Position numbers and translations under genes: made by a program. DNA of 64,000 bases, taken from the NCBI RefSeq assembly GCF_030684315.1, contig NC_081361.1, positions 74,819,614-74,883,613 of the forward strand, in the 5' to 3' direction. Source of the stretch: Stegostoma tigrinum. Taxonomy: Eukaryota. Under the pieces are notes generated by a model. That model was given only the letters and a program-made list of their open reading frames with translations, made no database searches and was not told the DNA's origin. This document shows positions 48,866 to 62,890 of the stretch, piece after piece. The number at the start of each line of letters is the position of its first letter. The first letter of the stretch is position 1.

Positions 48866-51259
48866 CCTTCTCCAAGCACTCTTGACCAGGTCATTGTTGT
48901 GAATGCACTAGCCTTGTTTTATGGGTTGGAAACATTAACCCCAGTTGCCAAATTAGAAATCATCTGCCAGTTTCCAGAAGCTGCTACTTCACACCTTGAA
49001 CCATTGAACATGTGTAGCTCAAAGGTTAGTTAGGATCTGTACCTTCAGTGCTAGAATTCCAACCAGAGATTTGCACATACCGATAAAGAAATTCGAACAT
49101 GCATTCACAAATGTAATATGTTTTGCAGTGAAGGGTCACCCACAGAAGGTCATGTTCCTTGTTTCCACAACAGTTCAGTGCAGTCCCGGGTTCCTCAGCT
49201 GGGGTGGAGGAAGCCCGCCCAACACCATTGGCCTTGGTGACTTGGAATGGTGACCTCTGGCTGTTTGTGTCTGGAGAGCACTGACATGCTGAGTACTGCC
49301 GTACTGAGTACTCAGTCTCCTTGCTGCCTTGTCACCATGCCTTTGCTACTGTGTACCAATGGCTATAGTAATTGAGGGCAGATCTGCACGACTATCCTGC
49401 ACACTCAGACTGCTAGCCCTGGTTCTCCATGGAAGCTGCCAACTTGCCCATGGAGTTAGCAGTGTGGCAGTTGCATTGCTGCAGTCCTGTAAAATCTGTG
49501 CTAGGTTACCCTGCGTGCCTGGCAAATCTGCCTGCTGCTCCTGTGTTTGCCTCTGCATTTCAATGATGTTGTTAGTAGCCAACAAAGGACCATTTCCTGC
49601 TTGGGGCTTTGCAGGTTCCTGGTCTCTCGAGTGCCAGCAACCTGGGACTTTTCTTTGCCATCTGCAGGGATGTGGCAATGATATGCTCATCAGCCAGTGT
49701 TCCCAGCCGTAATCTCTCAAAAGCACCCACTGAGGGGTCAGAATTGGACCTGGTGGTGGGTGCAGGGTCAGCTTTGCTGGATATTCTCATAGGGATCCGT
49801 GCTCTCTTCTTCAGAAGTGGAAGAGGGCATATCTTGCCATTACCGTCCTCTTGACAGTGGAGAATATGCTAATGCTGCTGGTACCTACAGGAGACAAAAG
49901 AAAGAAAGAATCCTTTGTGAATAAGTTCCTCATTGTCAAGGACTCATTCACATCGTGGTTAATGGGAAAGTTAGAGCAGCATCAGACAATAATTCGTACT
50001 TGGTGGGCCAGGACATGGACATTTGTGTCTCCACAGGACTGCTCCCAGTCCTTGCAAGCAAAGGCCAAAATCTTCCTTTCATGGAAGGGAGGGGGTGGAA
50101 CTAATTGTTAGATGCCCGACCATTTATCCTGGTTCTTTTGTAAGGAGAGAAAGGGAGGGATTGAGTGGGACAAAAGTTGTCATGGCACAGCTGTTCGTGC
50201 TGGTGCAGGAAAGGTTCTGAGGTATCCTGAAAGAATGAGCAGGCAATGGAGAGGGCACACAGGTTTAGCTGTATGGGAGGAATTGGGTGGTTGTGAGCAA
50301 GTGAGAGAAGATGTTACATACACCAGTGAGCATGAGTCTAGGTGGGTGCAGTGACAGAGATAGAATTCTTTGCCACAGATGGCTATCAAGGCTGAGATAG
50401 ACAGATTTGCTGCCAGTAAGGGAATTAGGGGTTATGTGGAAAAGGTGGGAAAGTAGAAATGAGGATTATCAGATCAGCCATGATCTCATTGACTGGCAAA
50501 GTAGAATTATTTGACTGGTTACTTCTGCCCAAGCACCCTTTGGCCTGTGGAATGTGAGTTAGCAGGGAGAAGTTGGTAGCACCTACCTTTATGGTATAGA
50601 GAAGACTTTTGACTTCCTTTCCCACACTTTCCTTTGGACAGTTGTGACCACATTGCCAGCTGATTCAATCTCCGATCAGGCTGCTAGGCTGTGGTGCTGT
50701 AGCGTACTCTATCAGTCATCAGGCACCTCTCTGCACTACCCCATTCACTAGGACTGCTAGGTCCCTGTTCATACATCAAGGTGCCTATTTCTCCTCGTCT
50801 GCCATGTCCAGGGTTAATATGAAGTGAACAGGGCAGTTCTGTGCTCAACTGTCTTTTAAGTATGATCCTGGTACCAGGAATCTGAGCATATCCAAGCAGT
50901 GGTGAATACATCTGCCGAGGGTGAGTGGGAGAATTGGGCTCGCACCAGATAAGCAGGACAGTATAAGGATGTGATACCTGGTAATGAGGCAAGTTTGGGA
51001 TGATTGTGTAAGAAAACTCACTAGGTTTTGCAGAAACCTGCCTAGAAACCCAACAAAAATGAAAGCTGATTTCTGGCAAGATGCAGCCCTCAGTGACGCA
51101 AGTAGTTTTGTCTCGGCTTGCTGTGACAATGTCTGTTGGAAATAATGTTTCCAAATATAAGACTTTCTATACGGTATTTGGATTGTTGTTCCTTTTATTC
51201 CATAAAATTGGATGTTGTTTGATATTAATTCATGCTTCATTGAATTTTTTTGTATCCAG

Positions 51260-51359
51260 ATATTTTGTGAAGGCTGGAAATCCGAGAATCATAATTCTAG
51301 TAAGAGGTTCATCGTTCTCTAAAGACTTTCTATCAGGAAAGAAGCTCCAAGCCATTTGA
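51260..51359 (+). CDS. TTC4: TTC4 exon 10 (terminal)
   Basis: atccag|A; YFVKAGNPRIIILVRGSSFSKDFLSGKKLQAI*; AATAAA at 51363. Confidence 0.9.
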
Positions 51360-53869
51360 AATAATAAAGTACTGAAGATTTGGCAGCAACTATTGAGAAA
51401 GAAGCAGTTACCATTTCTAATTCTATATGACTCTTCAAAACTTGTTTTATTCTAGTAAATTAGGATTTCGAAATGAATATTGGTGTATGATCAACAGTAG
51501 TAAATAGATTCTTTAGCCAAACATGGACATTGATACCATATTTGAAAAACGTAAACTGAAATGGGAGAACAAATGATTTGATCACATCTCATCATCATCC
51601 CTGAATGAGTGCTCCCCAGTCAATACTGTCCTCCCTTGGAACTGCTCAGGATTGCCTTCTACATTTTATTTTCAAGCTAAAGATTCCAAACTATAATTTT
51701 CACTCTAGCTCATTAACTGCAGTGAGAGCAAAGAGGGCGCAGAAGCAGACAGTATGGTGGTGCACCTGTGTGGAACTCGACAGCAGTGGCAGCAAGATTA
51801 CAAAGAGCACAGAGTGCAGGGGTCTCAGTGGCAGACCTGGAGGGAACTCGGGACTCAGTTTCTGAGGTTGTAAGAAGAGAGAGTAGTGAAATTCCAGAAG
51901 CAGAGAGAGTGGTGGCAAAATTGCTTTTCAAAATCAAAATGTGATCGATTGAAAGGTACAATAAAGGTCCATAATCTGAAGAGATCCACGTTAAACTTTC
52001 CCTCAGATTGAAATTTATCCATTTACTGTTACTGTAATTCCTTTTACAGCTAATTTTATACCCACATTGCCACTGTCTCTTATAATAACATAGCTTTCCA
52101 ACAAGTCTGTGGTATAACACCGTATTATATACCTTCCGGTGATCCATGTACACCACATTGACATCATGGAACCTTGCTGTGACCTTGAGAAAAGTCCAGA
52201 TTAGTTAAACATGATTTCCACTTTAGAAATCCATGCTGACATTTCCTTATCAATCCATAGTTTTTTAAAATTACTATTTCTAACACAAATCAATTCTGTC
52301 TGGAGGTTTCTCCACCACTGAAGCTCAACTAACTTCATAACAGGTAAGGATGGCAGATTTCCTTACCTAAGAAAGACATAAGTGAACCAGATGGGTTTCT
52401 ACAATAATCGATAGCTGTTACATGTCACCATTAGTCCAGTTCTCTAATCCAGATTTCTTTTAAAAACTGAAATTAAATTTTACTGTCTGCCATGGTGGAA
52501 TTCGAAGCCATGTCGCAAGAAGATTGGCTAGTCCATTGACATGATCTCTACTCCAGTGTTAACTCCAAGGAAGTTAGCCACTCTTACCTTGTCTGACCCA
52601 CGTGTGACTTCTGACCTACCGTACTGTGGTTGATTCTTAATTGCCCTCTGGGCAAGAAATGTGGGCGTTGCCTTCCCTGAGCAAGTCATTCATCTCAAGG
52701 ACGAGAGGAATGGGCGACAAATCCTGGCCTTGCCAGTGATACCCTCATCACAAAGAACAAAATTAGTATCAGAACCTTGAGACATCAAAAAAAAAACACA
52801 AACTGGAAAAGTGCAATAATGGAAAGGCTAACATAATATTCTTACAATACTGACAGCTTTATCAACATTAGAAAAGCATTTATTAGTGTTTGTGATACAA
52901 TATGTTCAATCTATGTCTTATACAAAATTACATAATATATACACACTGACTGCCTAAAGTGTTATGTATTGTCATTAAATTGGTATGATCTAGGTTAAAA
53001 TTTAGAAGATAAAGAATTAAGGGGTGGAGTAGGGTATGGCACTGTTTTGAATTTTGTGGCTAGGCGCATGGACCACAAATCTCTTCCAATTTTCTAACTT
53101 CCTAGGAAGGCTATATGTAAGCTATTCTAATTCCACTTACATCAGTGTCAGGCTAATTAATTGAGTCCATAATTAGCAAGGATTCTCATTGATAAAGAGC
53201 ATATAAAAATTCATTTACAAGATTATAACATACACTCGAAAATTCCCCTTGGTTGTACTCAGAAATCCCGTGCTGAGCTCCTAAACTTATTCAATGCCAT
53301 CAATTTGTGGGTGTGGAAAAGTATGACAGTTACATATATGCATTATTACACGTAGTAAACTATGTCAAGCTATAACTGAACTAAACATTTCGTACCCTAC
53401 AGAGAAAATAACTGTGGATCCTGGAAATCTGAAACAAAACTAGAAACAGCAGAAGAAATTTAGCATGTCCCACAGCATCTATGGAGAGAAATCAGAGTAA
53501 ACATTTTGGGTCCAGTGAAACATTGATTCTGCTTTCTCTCCATAGATGCTGGTGGACCTGCTGAGGTTCTCCAGCTGTTCTGTTTTTGTTTCAGATTTAT
53601 CACCGTAAACTGGTTTCACCTGATGAATTTCAGCAGTGTTTTCTTCTTATTTAAAATTTTCTGCTTCCCACTGATTTTTGTTTTAAAATATTACAAATAG
53701 TAGCACAAGCACATTTTAAAAAAGGCATAATTATTGGAGAGATTGTGTTGGATTAGCATCCGCCATCAGGCATCACAGCAAAATAGCTTATTTTTCAGGC
53801 TTCCATTATTTGTAAATGAACTTTTCACCATTCGACACTGGGTCTTTAAAGGTCTTACTTAAAACACTT

Positions 53870-54172
53870 TCATAATGTGGATAAATTGGCTGCCATGTAG
53901 TACAAACTTATCCCATTACAGATAATGCAACACAGGTTACATAAAGAGGAAGTATTGTGATACAGGGTCAGTTGATGTGAAAATTTCTTATATTTGGGGT
54001 TACTCTCCTTCAGCTTGTTATAGGCCTCTCTGTTGGTTGACAATCCAATATCCTTCCCCAGCCCACAGCTCTGTTCAATCAGATGCATGTCAGCCATGAT
54101 TTCAGAAGTTATCTTACCAAACCATTGTGCATTGAGCCCAGCAACAGTCACACAGATGAAAAGAACAATAAT
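53870..54172 (-). CDS. TMEM205: TMEM205 coding exon 3 (terminal)
   Basis: ttttacag|ATT; AGLNAQWFG..IEQSCGLGKDIG...PKYKK..LYHNTSSLCNL; the three exons sum to 567 nt = 188 aa + stop. Confidence 0.92.
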   Translation of the reverse strand: MIVLFICVTVAGLNAQWFGKITSEIMADMHLIEQSCGLGKDIGLSTNREAYNKLKESNPKYKKFSHQLTLYHNTSSLCNLCCIICNGISLYYMAANLSTL

Positions 54173-54539
54173 CTGTAAAAGAAATTGCATGTAAGCATTT
54201 TGAATTACCATTCACTGACTGCATGATATACATCAGTCAGATGTAATACAATATCTTCTAAGCTACCAATTTGTTGATCAAATTTAAGGCAGATTTCTAC
54301 TGTGAGCTAAATATAATCCAGAATTAGCAGAAGGCTCTCAAAATGCATTTCATTTAGACCTCAGGAAGACAATGAAAACAGCAAATTGAACAAATTATAC
54401 CATCTTCTTGACATTTTAATATAAATTAAAACAGTCTAAGAGAATGCTGGTGAGCATGCTTGTAAGTGTTTGAATTCATGATATAAGCATTGGTATCAGG
54501 GACCAGATAAGAAACCAACCCTATATTCGTTAGCACAGT

Positions 54540-54990
54540 AGAGAGCTGGAAGAACACAGCAAGCCAGGCAGCATCACAGGAGCAGGAAAGTTGATATTTT
54601 GAGTCAGGACCCTTGTTCAGAAATGGGAGGGGGGAGCATGAAGCTTAGAAATAAATAGACAGGAGAGGTAGGGCTGGGGAGGTAGGTGGGATGACGATAG
54701 GTGAGTGCAGGTAGGGAGCAGTGGGGATTGGTCAGTGGGATGGGAGGAGCCAATCCCCACCTCTGACTACCTGTACTCACCTATCATCATCCCACCTACC
54801 TTCCCAGCCCCACTCTTCCTCTCCATTTATTTCTGAGCTCCGTTCCCCCACCCCACCACAATTTCTGAAGAAGGGTCCTGACCCAAAACGTCAAATTTCC
54901 AGCTCCTTTGTTGCTGCCTGGCTTGCTGTGTTCTTCCAGCTCCATACTGGTTTACCTCTCTGACTCCAGCATCTGCAGTTCTTGCTATGT
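54540..54990. mobile_element. Older inverted-arm PLE-derived element
   Basis: Arms ~54540-54750 and ~54750-54955 are reverse complements; decayed hammerhead ctgaagaagggtcctgacccaaaacgtc at ~54865. Confidence 0.8.
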
Positions 54991-55585
54991 CTATATGTTT
55001 TAATTTACGTTACTGCTTTCAGGACAAAGTAGATGCTGTAACTCATTTTGTAGCCTGACAATCACCTATGTTAGAGCCTCCTCTCCTAGCCTTCCTGAGG
55101 TGCAGTAGCAGTAAATGTGACACAGCGCTTTGATGGATTAACACACTAGCAATACCATGGTGGATTCTAATTCAGACAATATTCCTTGATTTCTGGAAGT
55201 GCATTCTACTACTATTCAACATCCCCTTGAGAGTTCAAGCAGTTATCAATGATTCCCGAGTTTCTTTATATGATGACAAAAGGTACCAGACAGCAACAAA
55301 CGTGTGACACCCGCATCATAAAACAATGAGCCATACTGAGCTCACTCCAGCTATACAATTGCAGGAGGGGGGCCCACAAAGACAACAAAACAAAATGTAG
55401 CAAGTTGCATTGTTACTCAAAGCAGCAGAGCCTGTGACAAAGTTAACAAGAGCTTTACCATAATCCAGACAGATCTGGAAAAAATAGAAAACAGCAGCTT
55501 TGAAAGGGCTACATTCCACCCAGAGTGATGGACCATTAACTTCAACATGATTCTACCGTCCAATTGCAAGCACTGTGAATGATAC

Positions 55586-55749
55586 CTGAAATGTCTCTTC
55601 TTCAGTTAACAACTCACTGGGATGATACATGGCAAAAATGGTTAAATTAAAGAAGGCACAGGCAGATCCAAGGTGAAAGTAGTATGGAAAAAGTCTGCTC
55701 TGAATGAAGCCAAACGTGTGTCTCGTGAGATTACTGCCCATGATTAGAC
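55586..55749 (-). CDS. TMEM205: TMEM205 coding exon 2
   Basis: ccgtag|GT...CAG|gtatc; LIMGSNLTRHTFGFIQSRLFPYYFHL. Confidence 0.93.
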
Positions 55750-58217
55750 CTACGGAACAAACAAAACAGGATTAAGAACCTCTGAATAAATTATTGATGG
55801 GGAGAGCGATACAAAATCAAACACAGGTTGCACTGCACAGAGGAAACTTGAATAAATAAAAAAAACTATCATCAGAAAATCAGTCTTTGGCCAATAACAT
55901 TGGTTATTGCTCACTATTTATCATATGTGTTTGCGGCTCTGTATGAAATCCCTTACCTCACTCAAGTTATATTTTGCAAAGCTGTAAATCGTAATTATGG
56001 ATGGCTAATCAGGTAGTTTTGTAGAAGCAATAACTTAATTACAAAAATATTGTGCAGGACTGCAGGTTTTCTGATGCCAATATTAAACTGGGTGAGGGGT
56101 ATGTATTTATTAATGTAAATATCTATGTTAACACTACCATATTTATCAGACTTGAGTCTTAACCACAGCAGTTCCACACGCAGTTGCCTGGGGAAGCCTG
56201 CAATGGAAGCTTAATTGGAGACAAAGACATTCTTGGCAAGGAAGTTTAATGGGATGGATAGGAAGGTAAAGGACACAATCAAATCAGCCATGATTTTACC
56301 AAATGAGAGAACAGGTCAAATAGTTCTAATTTGTTTGTCTGAATTTTTGTGTACCAGATATGTATGAATACACATCTGTAAAACAAACGGAAAGGATAAA
56401 GGTCAATCTATGTAACAGAATCACTACAAAACAATTACTTTTTGAGTTTCAATACATCAGATAGATTCTAGAATCTTTTTCTGCAGTCCCTCATTTCCCA
56501 TTCCAATGGGTGACTCGTGACTCAGTTTGTTGTATAATCACTTCAATTTTACTATACAGTATTGGAAAATGTTGGGCTAATTAGATCAATATTCAAGTTT
56601 GCCTGCACCTACAGTGCAAAAGGCTGGCCTGAAACATTTTGACTGGAAATTCTCTTCCCATCCTAAATTGGCTATGAGCACAGGAAAAGAAGATAGAGAC
56701 TGACCTGCAGTATACTGCTCAAAATAGGAAAATCTGGTAAGAAAGTAGATCTGAAAGGACTGTACAGAGTCAATAAATGAAAAATATACAGAGGTAAAGA
56801 GGCAGGGAGATAATAGGGGGGGAATTCAAGAACATGGGTGCTTACCACTAGTAGTGAACAAAAAAACTATGAAATATAGAAAAGGAGGAACACAGAGCAG
56901 AACCTTACAAGGTAAGTTTCACTGTGTTGGACAACCTCCAATGTTCTAGTTAATTGTGTCAATTTAGTCAATTGATAAGCATAAAGAGATGTTGAGCAGG
57001 AAAAAAAGCAACAACAGTCAACAATTACAGAGAATGTTATTCATGACTTTGAACAGATGAAGGGTGGTAGCTTATTTAAATGGAGCATCTGTTCTGGGAT
57101 AAGTAGTGATTGTGGGTAGTTACATGGGCTACAGTAATTTGACAAGCTGAATCTGAAGAGGTAGGGTGCTTTTGCAAGCTGTGATCATGAGGTTACATTT
57201 GCAAATTATTATTTTTTGCATTCCAGTGCAGAATCACATTATATTTCAAAGGCATTGGAAAGAATACCAAAAGTTATAATTTCTTCCATCATAGAAGTTG
57301 CATTTCTTTACACTTTAATATTTCTTTCCCACACAGTGTAATTAACAAAATACTGGGTACAGCTTTAGGACAAATAATGAGAAGTACACATCTCAAAGCA
57401 CTTGCAAACCACTTTTTCTTGTACATCCCTGGTATGGCTATTGGATTTCATGATCACAGTAAAACAAATTTGATTATAGAATGAGATCCACAACTTGAAC
57501 AAATTCTGAAATCTTTGAATCTGTAATAAAGAAGAATTTAATTTTTCAAGTCAATTTGATGCAGTGGCTTTGATCACACATCTTTATTGATACACAGAAG
57601 TACATGAACACCTTTGAAAAATGAATTGTCATGCTTTTGTTAGATAGGAGATGTGATAAAATATTGGAGGCTATTCAACAGGTTTCCAATTATGTTCTAT
57701 TGCCTGGAACAAATGTATGCTACAGGAGCATGTTCATTGTGACATGTTTGAACCCATTAATACTCGTTTCTGTTCCCTATAATTTAACTACCAATAGCAA
57801 TATTTCAAGATAAGTGTCAATAACAGGGGAGGCAATGGTATTGTGGTAATGTCACTGGAGTAGTAATCCATAATTCTAAGTCAATATTCTGGGTCAAGGG
57901 TTTGAATTCCACTATGGCAGATGGTGAAATCTGAAATCAATAATAATAAAATCTAGAATAAAAAGTTAGCCTAATGGTGACCATTAATCAATCACTGTTG
58001 ATTCTTGTAAAAACTCTTTCGGTTAACTTATGCCCTTTAGGGAAGGAAATCTGCCATCCTTACCTGGCCTGGCCGACAAACAAATTCAGATCCATGGCAA
58101 TGCGGCTGATTCTTAGTTGCCCTTTGGGCTATTAGGATGGGCAATAAAGGCTGTCCAAGCCAATGCTGCTCTTGTCACAACTAAGATTTTTAAAAAGTAA
58201 CGAAAGGAGACACTTAC

Positions 58218-58317
58218 GTGATATAAATGTGACCCATATCTGCATTCCCCAGAAGGTGGAGAGGAACATAAGGTGCAGAAGCTTGGCTAATGTTGTAGGT
58301 TCTCCTTCAGTAGACAT
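58218..58317 (-). CDS. TMEM205: TMEM205 coding exon 1
   Basis: accATGTCT; MSTEGEPTTLAKLLHLMFLSTFWGMQIWVTFIS|gtaagt; acceptor at ~58362. Confidence 0.93.
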
Positions 58318-58814
58318 GGTAATTGGCACAGATGACATCATAACTAATGAAGGCAGAAACCCTGCACCAAGTTAGAGAAGACATGAGGGGGAAGTGAAAA
58401 GCAGAAAGAAAGTTAAACTAAGCTCAAAAATGATCATCTTTGACCCAACTTGTGATTTATGTCTAAAGTTCTTGAGTATTTTTATATTGAGTATTATATC
58501 TTTTGCTAAATATATGTGACCTCCACCATAAATTCCAGAAAAATACCCCAAATATCTTTTAAATTATTAAAGATTTTGAATCAGGTAGACACCGAGAAAG
58601 TGATTTCTCTTATGAGAATGGTAAAACTGAAAGGTATCAACTTGAGAATTCAGAAGAAACACCATCCAGATTGGTGAAAATTGTGTAAGTTGCTACTACG
58701 AGCTAAATATTTAAATATATTTGACTGAAGACTGAATAAACTAATGAGAGAACAGGGAATAGATCTATGAGGTGAGAAGGAGGTATGAACAGAGTCTAAA
58801 TCCCATCCACCATC

Positions 58815-59200
58815 TACAGGGCATAAGTCATAAGTGTAATGGAATACACCTGACTTGCCTGGATGGGTGCAGCTCCAACAACTCACAAGAAGCTTGACAC
58901 TATCTAGGACAAAGCAACCCACTTGCCTGGCACCACATCTCCAAACATCCACTCCTTCCACCACAGAAACTCAGTAACAACAACGTGTACTATCTACAGG
59001 ATGCACTGCAAATATTCACCAAGGTTTCTTATTCAGTACCTTCCAAACCCAAGACTGCTACAAGGAAAAGGACAGCAGATTCAAGTGCACACCATCAGCT
59101 GCAAGATCTTGTCCAAACCATTCACTATCCTGACTTGGAAATATATCATCATTCCTTCAGTGTCACAGGGTCAAAATCCTGGACATTAAATACTTGGCCA
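58815..59200 (+). mobile_element. LINE (CR1/L2 group) ORF2 3' fragment
   Basis: Reads as SVMEYT*LAWMGAAPTTHKKLDTI*DKA; related fragment at ~45730-45990. Confidence 0.7.
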
Positions 59201-59544
59201 AAACACATCCCATCAGTGAATTAAAAAACATGGTCCTTTCTGTTGCAAAATATACATTCGATATTCAATGATAGCTTTCCCTGCTGCTCTGTAGACATTT
59301 CCATTGTCGTTACTATTTCTTTTTCAGTATTTGTTAACACTTGGCAGCGTTATTAAGATCCATTAAATTGATTGATCCTGCCAGGAGTGGTGCACCCTAG
59401 ATGGAAATCCATCTTCGCAACCTTGCTGTCCTTATTCATTCTGATCTAAACTTCCAACATGCTATCCATCAGCAAGCTTCAACTTCAGGACACCAAATCC
59501 CTCTGTCCCTACTTCTTTGGGATTACTAAGGTGCTCAACCTCTG

Positions 59545-59632
59545 ATGGAGGGTCCAGGCCCGAAACGTCAGCTTTTGCGCTCCAGAGATGCTGCTTGGCC
59601 TGCTGTCTTCATCCAGTTCCACACTTTGTTAT
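59545..59632 (+). mobile_element. Solo family A PLE terminus
   Basis: Hammerhead-like ctgatggagggtccaggcccgaaacgtc; 11-bp TSD ctcaacctctg (59534-59544, 59633-59643). Confidence 0.85.
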
Positions 59633-60556
59633 CTCAACCTCTGTTTGTTCGGAGCACGGATTTACGAAGTAACGTCTTGAGCTCCTCCACCATAGATTCC
59701 AACTTATCTATAAAGCGCGCCACGTTTCGCTCATTTAGTTCTGCTGGGAAATCATTGACCTGAAAGTTTAACTCTGTCTTCACAGATACTACCTGACTAT
59801 GCTAACCGTTACTAGCATTTTCTATTTTAAAACTGAAAACAGAGCGCTGCTTGCTCACTATTAAATAGATGAATTTCTTCTGCGTGACAGAACTCCAGTC
59901 TTATTTCTTGCTTTTTAGTTTCTCTATTCCCTCTTCTGTGTTTTTTATCTTTCTTATCTTTCAGCTCGGAGATAGAAAAAAAATGATAGCTAGCCAATAA
60001 ATTTTTAGTAGATTGTGCTAGGCTTACTGTGCATTTCCAGAATTTGCAACTTTAAAGGCAGATCAAAGTTGATCAGCTCAGTTTTAAACTATGGTGAACA
60101 ATCAACATTAAATATTTTTTAAAAATGACCTTGGGTTGAGAATGTTTGTAGATGTGTGCTCGTTCGGGGGGTGGGAAGTAAAAGTTCGATAGCCAATGGG
60201 AACTCTGTGAGGATTATCCATTTTTTGAGACTGTCACAGGCGTCATTAACCAAAACTGCGGAGTTTAACAAAATTACAACGATCAAATAACATTTTTCCA
60301 TACTTTTCAGTTTTAAACAATCAGATATAACTCCAAAGTCGCAGGTATAGCATTTAAATCAGATTAAAAACTGAGACGTCGCTTTTCGTTGAGACGAAAA
60401 GCCACATTTTGAAACCGAGTTTGCATTTCCCAAAACACGTTCTTTACGATGAGGAATGAAAAGAACTTTGCAGTTTCCATTCGCTGTCTCGTCTTCCAGG
60501 AAAATTGGACGATGGAGCTGGGAAAGTAACGGGGGAAAGAAATGCATAACACTTAC

Positions 60557-61100
60557 CCTCTGATTGTTAACTCCCGAGCTGAGTTAGAATGCAGCCTGCT
60601 TGGTTACACTCTCGCAGTATCAATCCCCTCCCCCAGCCTCTCTCCCCATTGGCTCTGGTCACCACCCATCTGTTCTGGGCGGGGCGAAAGTGTCAATCAA
60701 TTGCATGTGGCCGGAACCCTGGTCGTGTGCGCATGCGCGCAGTTCGCAAGGCTTCATGGTTTTCGTAGTTCTTCCGTGTTGGTGTGTACGTCGTTGAAGA
60801 GGCGGTTGGTTTACTTTTTAAAATGGACCCGCCCCCACGTCCCTCTTTCACTTTTAGTTAGCGAGCTAGTCCGAAGCCTTGGGATTGTAATGGGGCTCGG
60901 GGGAGGGGGAAGCAAGTGAGCGAATTAGGCTTGGAGCGCAGTCACCCTCGCCTTGGTGTACCTTCCCCGGGCCTAGCTGAGTCTATTGGTCGGTCCCGCC
61001 CACTGATCCGTTGAATGGAGCTCGCGCGGTGATGTCACGCGGCCGGAAGCGGAGCCGCCGAATGGAGCTTTGTAGACATCATTCCAGCGAGTGAAGCATA
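60557..61100. promoter_or_regulatory. CpG-rich promoter of TMEM205, probably bidirectional
   Basis: Minus-strand donor gg|gtaagt at 60556; ATTGG boxes (~60648, ~60986), GC boxes (~60677, ~60829), NRF1-type tgcgcatgcgc (60728), tgatgtca and ccggaag (~61031-61049). Confidence 0.7.
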
Positions 61101-62469
61101 GAGAATGGATGCTCTCCGTAGAAAGGTGTTTCGGGGTAGACACGCTGCTGCTTCAGAAACCGTCAGACTTAGGAAGAGAAAGTCAACATTGTACAGTAAA
61201 GAGCGCTGCAACGCAGAACGAGGTGCAGGTGCAGGTACAGTACAGTACAGTACAAAACAGTACTGCCAGTGGAGTTACTTTAATCCGACATTGGTTCGCC
61301 ACTACTTCGCCATTATTTTGCTTGTGAAAACAAACCCTACAAAGATACCTGTCCTGGGAGTACTTTTACCAGCTTTCGATATTTTGGACAATATCATTTG
61401 TAAGAATCTACACTGCCTGCGAGCAGCATTACATATGGTTGTGAGTTTAGAGCGGTTCGAGAAATGACTGTGTTATAACCTGAATTGAAAGCATTTAGTG
61501 CGCTCTGAAAGGCAAATATTCTTTACTAATAGTTCTACAGTCAACCAGTACTATTTGCCATCGCTGATTAGAAGGCTGTAGTAAAATAATGGATCGCAGG
61601 ATCCCAGAAATCAGTGTAGAAGTTTACAGGGTTGAAGACCATTTGCCCCTTTCAGTTATACCTGCTGTTTACCGGAGCAATCCAAATTAACCTCGTCTGA
61701 CTTGATGAAAAGTTACTGAGCTAAAATAACTTCCTTGCTGTCAACAGATGCATTCCTCTTTGTCCTCTCCTCATTACATCTTTCACTGCCTCAAACATTT
61801 ATCTGATTTCCACTTGAAATGTGCTCAACCAGTTCCTGTAGCAAAGCATCTATCACTCCAACTATTTCTTCAAAATTGATTACTGTTTTCAACTCTTACG
61901 AGGGCACTATATTGACACTAAAATTTGTTTTTAATATCCATGGCTACCTTAAGATGAGACCTGATTGTTGTGTTTTGCTTTGTCTACATTACAGGCAGAT
62001 CATATCCTACAAAGTGAATTAGGGTAATTGAACAGAGTGGACGATGGTACGGCTGCAGAAAGGGTGCACAAAGAGCAAGATCAACATTAAATTTAAAAGG
62101 TCCATTCAGGATTCTCAACAGTGGGGGAAAAAGCTGTTCTTGAATCTGTCAGTGCATATCCTTAAGCTTTAGGGGAAGGAGTAGGAAGTTTAGATGGCAC
62201 TTAAGGGGAAGAAATAATCACCAGAAGGTGTTGGGTATCTATAACTCATTAACATAGTGATAAAGGCTAGAATTTTCGATGTTTAAATAGTATTTAAATG
62301 AGCACTCAACACCATTACATACAACTTAGCAGGGTATGGCAGAAGGAAGACCTGATTAGATTGATGCTTGATGACAGGTGTGGAGGCGATGGATCTTTTT
62401 CTGTGCTGTAAGACCTCTCTGACTACTTCCTGCTGTATGTCCTGCAGGAATTCTATTTTATTCTCCCAG

Positions 62470-62890
62470 CTTCTCACACCTCTATTGCCTCTGTTTTAAC
62501 AATGTGCAACTTCCTTAGTGACGACAGAGCTATCGATCACATCCATTCCATTTCTCATTGTGATCCTTCCCATTGTCCATTTAACATCAACATTCAGTTG
62601 ATCACTTTTTTTTCTGCCACCCCGAGTGCGATGTCACCACTGATCATGTTCCCCTCTCTTTCCATTTCAACTCTCTGCTGCACTGAATTTCTCTCAGTAC
62701 CTACTCTCCTTCCCATGAAACATTCTCAGTCATATCCAAGAGATTCAACACTTGCTTTTTCAACTGGTATCCTTCTCAATGCTCAAGGCTTGCAAAATAC
62801 CTTCTAGGGTGAAGGAGTCACTTACTTGTACTGACTTCAATTTAGTGTACTCATTTTATTGCTCGTTATACTGCCCACTGTGCATTGCAG
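62470..62890 (+). mobile_element. Highly decayed Neptune PLE fragment
   Basis: RVKESLTCTDFNLVYSFYCSLYCPLCI parallels HIKQRFTCTYANVVYCIHCTRCGFLYI of the 11909-14081 element. Confidence 0.6.

Noticed and set aside
46050-50950. Possible Harbinger or other DNA-transposon remnants in TTC4 introns 8-9
   Set aside because: Only vague peptide resemblance; no catalytic motif, terminal inverted repeat or TSD could be fixed
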